Part shown: piece after piece, positions 62,171 to 64,000 of the stretch
Numbering within the stretch: position 1 is the first letter of the stretch
How the letters are laid out: each line of letters starts with the position of its first letter
Source of the DNA: Octopus bimaculoides
Taxonomy: Eukaryota
Reading direction: 5' to 3'
Length of the DNA stretch: 64,000 bases
Assembly (NCBI RefSeq): GCF_001194135.2
Contig: NC_068982.1
Coordinates: 147,169,329 to 147,233,328 of the forward strand
Program-made: the position numbers and the translations under genes
The notes under the pieces: generated by a model
Told to the model about the DNA's origin: nothing
Databases searched by the model: none
The model's input: the letters and a program-made list of their open reading frames with translations, nothing else

Positions 62171-62787
62171 AAATTAAAAGTAACAATGACATTGTAACAA
62201 TAAAAGAACTCCACCAATAACCGAACTTTTAGAAAGATCAAGCTACTGGCCTGTGTCAGATTGGCTATTGTATGAGTAGTCACTTATAAAAGATCGTTAA
62301 CACGCATTCATTGTAAAGATTAGTTGTTCAAGATGTTGATAATCACATAGATGCACACAGCATAACTAATATTCCCCACTCACATATCCACCCCGTTCTC
62401 TCAACCAACACATTCGAAACATACTCATTCGCTAGGACATCGACATGCAGTCAATCAACATACTACACAGAACAACTGTTTAACAACAGATGCCAATGCA
62501 TTGATGTTAACCAACAAAGACGAATCTGTTGATAATTAGCTATGATTATCGGTTTATACGATAATTTAATGTAGTAATCTTTTGGCTGCTTTTCATCTCC
62601 TTTATTATAAAAGGTCCAACTCGAGTGGTGTGAATGAAGTGTATATTTATTATTATTATTTTTTTTTATGCTTCACTGTGTATAAAATAACCTAAGACGC
62701 TTTCCATTCCTGCCATGGCTCTGGTTTTAAGAATTTCTAGAGAAATATAAATCATAAAGCAAGCCATTAAAATAACAACAATAACGT

Positions 62788-62818
<31 letters not shown>

Positions 62819-63391
62819 GATAATAGCAACAATAAGAACTCACGACAATAGTAACAATGGCATTCACGTAGGGGTGAAGTCTGTAATTAAATTATAATTT
62901 GTTTCCGGTTATCTCCCTTCTTGCCACATCTAAAGAAAGTGCGCTAAACATATGTTGAAGTACCCCGGTTCCTATTTAACCAATTAGAGGTATTAATAAC
63001 ATGGTTTGAGACACTCATTAATGCTCTCCATACATGCAAATAAATGCAAACGCAGGAAGCTACATATACATATGTACGTACATATATATACACACGGACA
63101 CACTAAAATACATTTTTCACGCGTCCAGATATGTATGTATGTATATATATATATATATATGTATATATATGTATGTACATATGTATGTATTTATGAATAT
63201 GCATATGTGTATGCATATACATATGTGCGTGTGTGTGAGAGCATGAGTTCGTGGGTATATATATATATATATGTAAATACATTTATATATGTGTGTATGT
63301 ATGTTTAGCACGTCGATGTTGGTGTATGAGCTTCTGTGTTCTCTATGTGCATGGCTGTGTATGTGTGCGTGTGCGAGCATGCGTGCGTGCA

Positions 63392-63429
<38 letters not shown>

Positions 63430-63948
63430 TGTGTGCGTGCCTTTGTGTGAAAGTAAGAATGCCTGTGTGTACTTGCATGTGTATGTGTGTATGTCAGGAG
63501 GTGGGTGGGTGTTGAAAGTATTATACCCGTTAATACGATCGGACAGGCTTCATACCCAATGCAACGAATATTCGTTTGTAGCCACGTGTACGTAGAAACA
63601 CAGCGTCTTGCAAAATGGTGTGTTTTATTAAATCAAAATGGAAGACTGATACGTCCGTCATTTACTTATAACACCCTATTATATTGAAATATAAATATGC
63701 ACGCTTCTACCGAACACACTTGCACATATACACAGTCACATGAACGATCGCACACACTTCATCGTAAAAAAGAAACAGAAACGGTTCGCCCAAGGGTGGG
63801 TAATACGCTGTGAAGTATCCAAAACTGAATGATTGCCACCAGCAGATGTCGACACCATAACTCTGCCAGCGGTGAGGCGCTGCTTAAACATCGTCAGCAC
63901 CATTTTCTTTTACTCTCCCAACCCAACACTTTTCTATCCCCTCTCTCA

Positions 63949-64000
<52 letters not shown>

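Noticed and set aside
62255-62320. CCAAT-box (GATTGG) plus TATAAAA promoter-like pair
   Set aside because: Both motifs are common in AT-rich DNA and no downstream exon could be identified.

Overview
AT-rich, microsatellite-dense eukaryotic genomic DNA from a short-read scaffold, with 14 N-gaps totalling about 3.9 kb. The repeat landscape (tRNA-head SINEs, one family with an internal TA/CA tract, and very dense simple repeats) suggests an octopus or other coleoid cephalopod; this is inference. Almost all ORFs in the supplied track are artefacts of microsatellites or N-runs. No intact protein-coding gene, rRNA, true tRNA gene or CRISPR array is supportable. The window looks intronic or intergenic. 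It holds about 25 copies or fragments of three SINE families, some with clear target-site duplications. It has four decayed Tc1/mariner-superfamily transposons (Tc1-like DD34E type, mariner DD34D, two DD37D/maT-like), plus a pogo/Tigger-like MITE, a CR1-like LINE 3' end, a Hero-clade restriction-like-endonuclease LINE relic and a Penelope-type GIY-YIG relic. There are four degenerate hammerhead-ribozyme-like motifs of the Penelope type, several fold-back elements and a 530-bp non-coding element embedded in (AAT)n. The most notable items are a near-perfect 209/207-bp inverted duplication with template-switch signatures (46.6-48.0 kb), a possible two-exon gene segment (28.87-29.31 kb), the hammerhead-like motifs and a pri-miRNA-shaped hairpin (2.2 kb). 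I did not find a clearly new multi-gene system. All similarity calls are by eye, without database searches.
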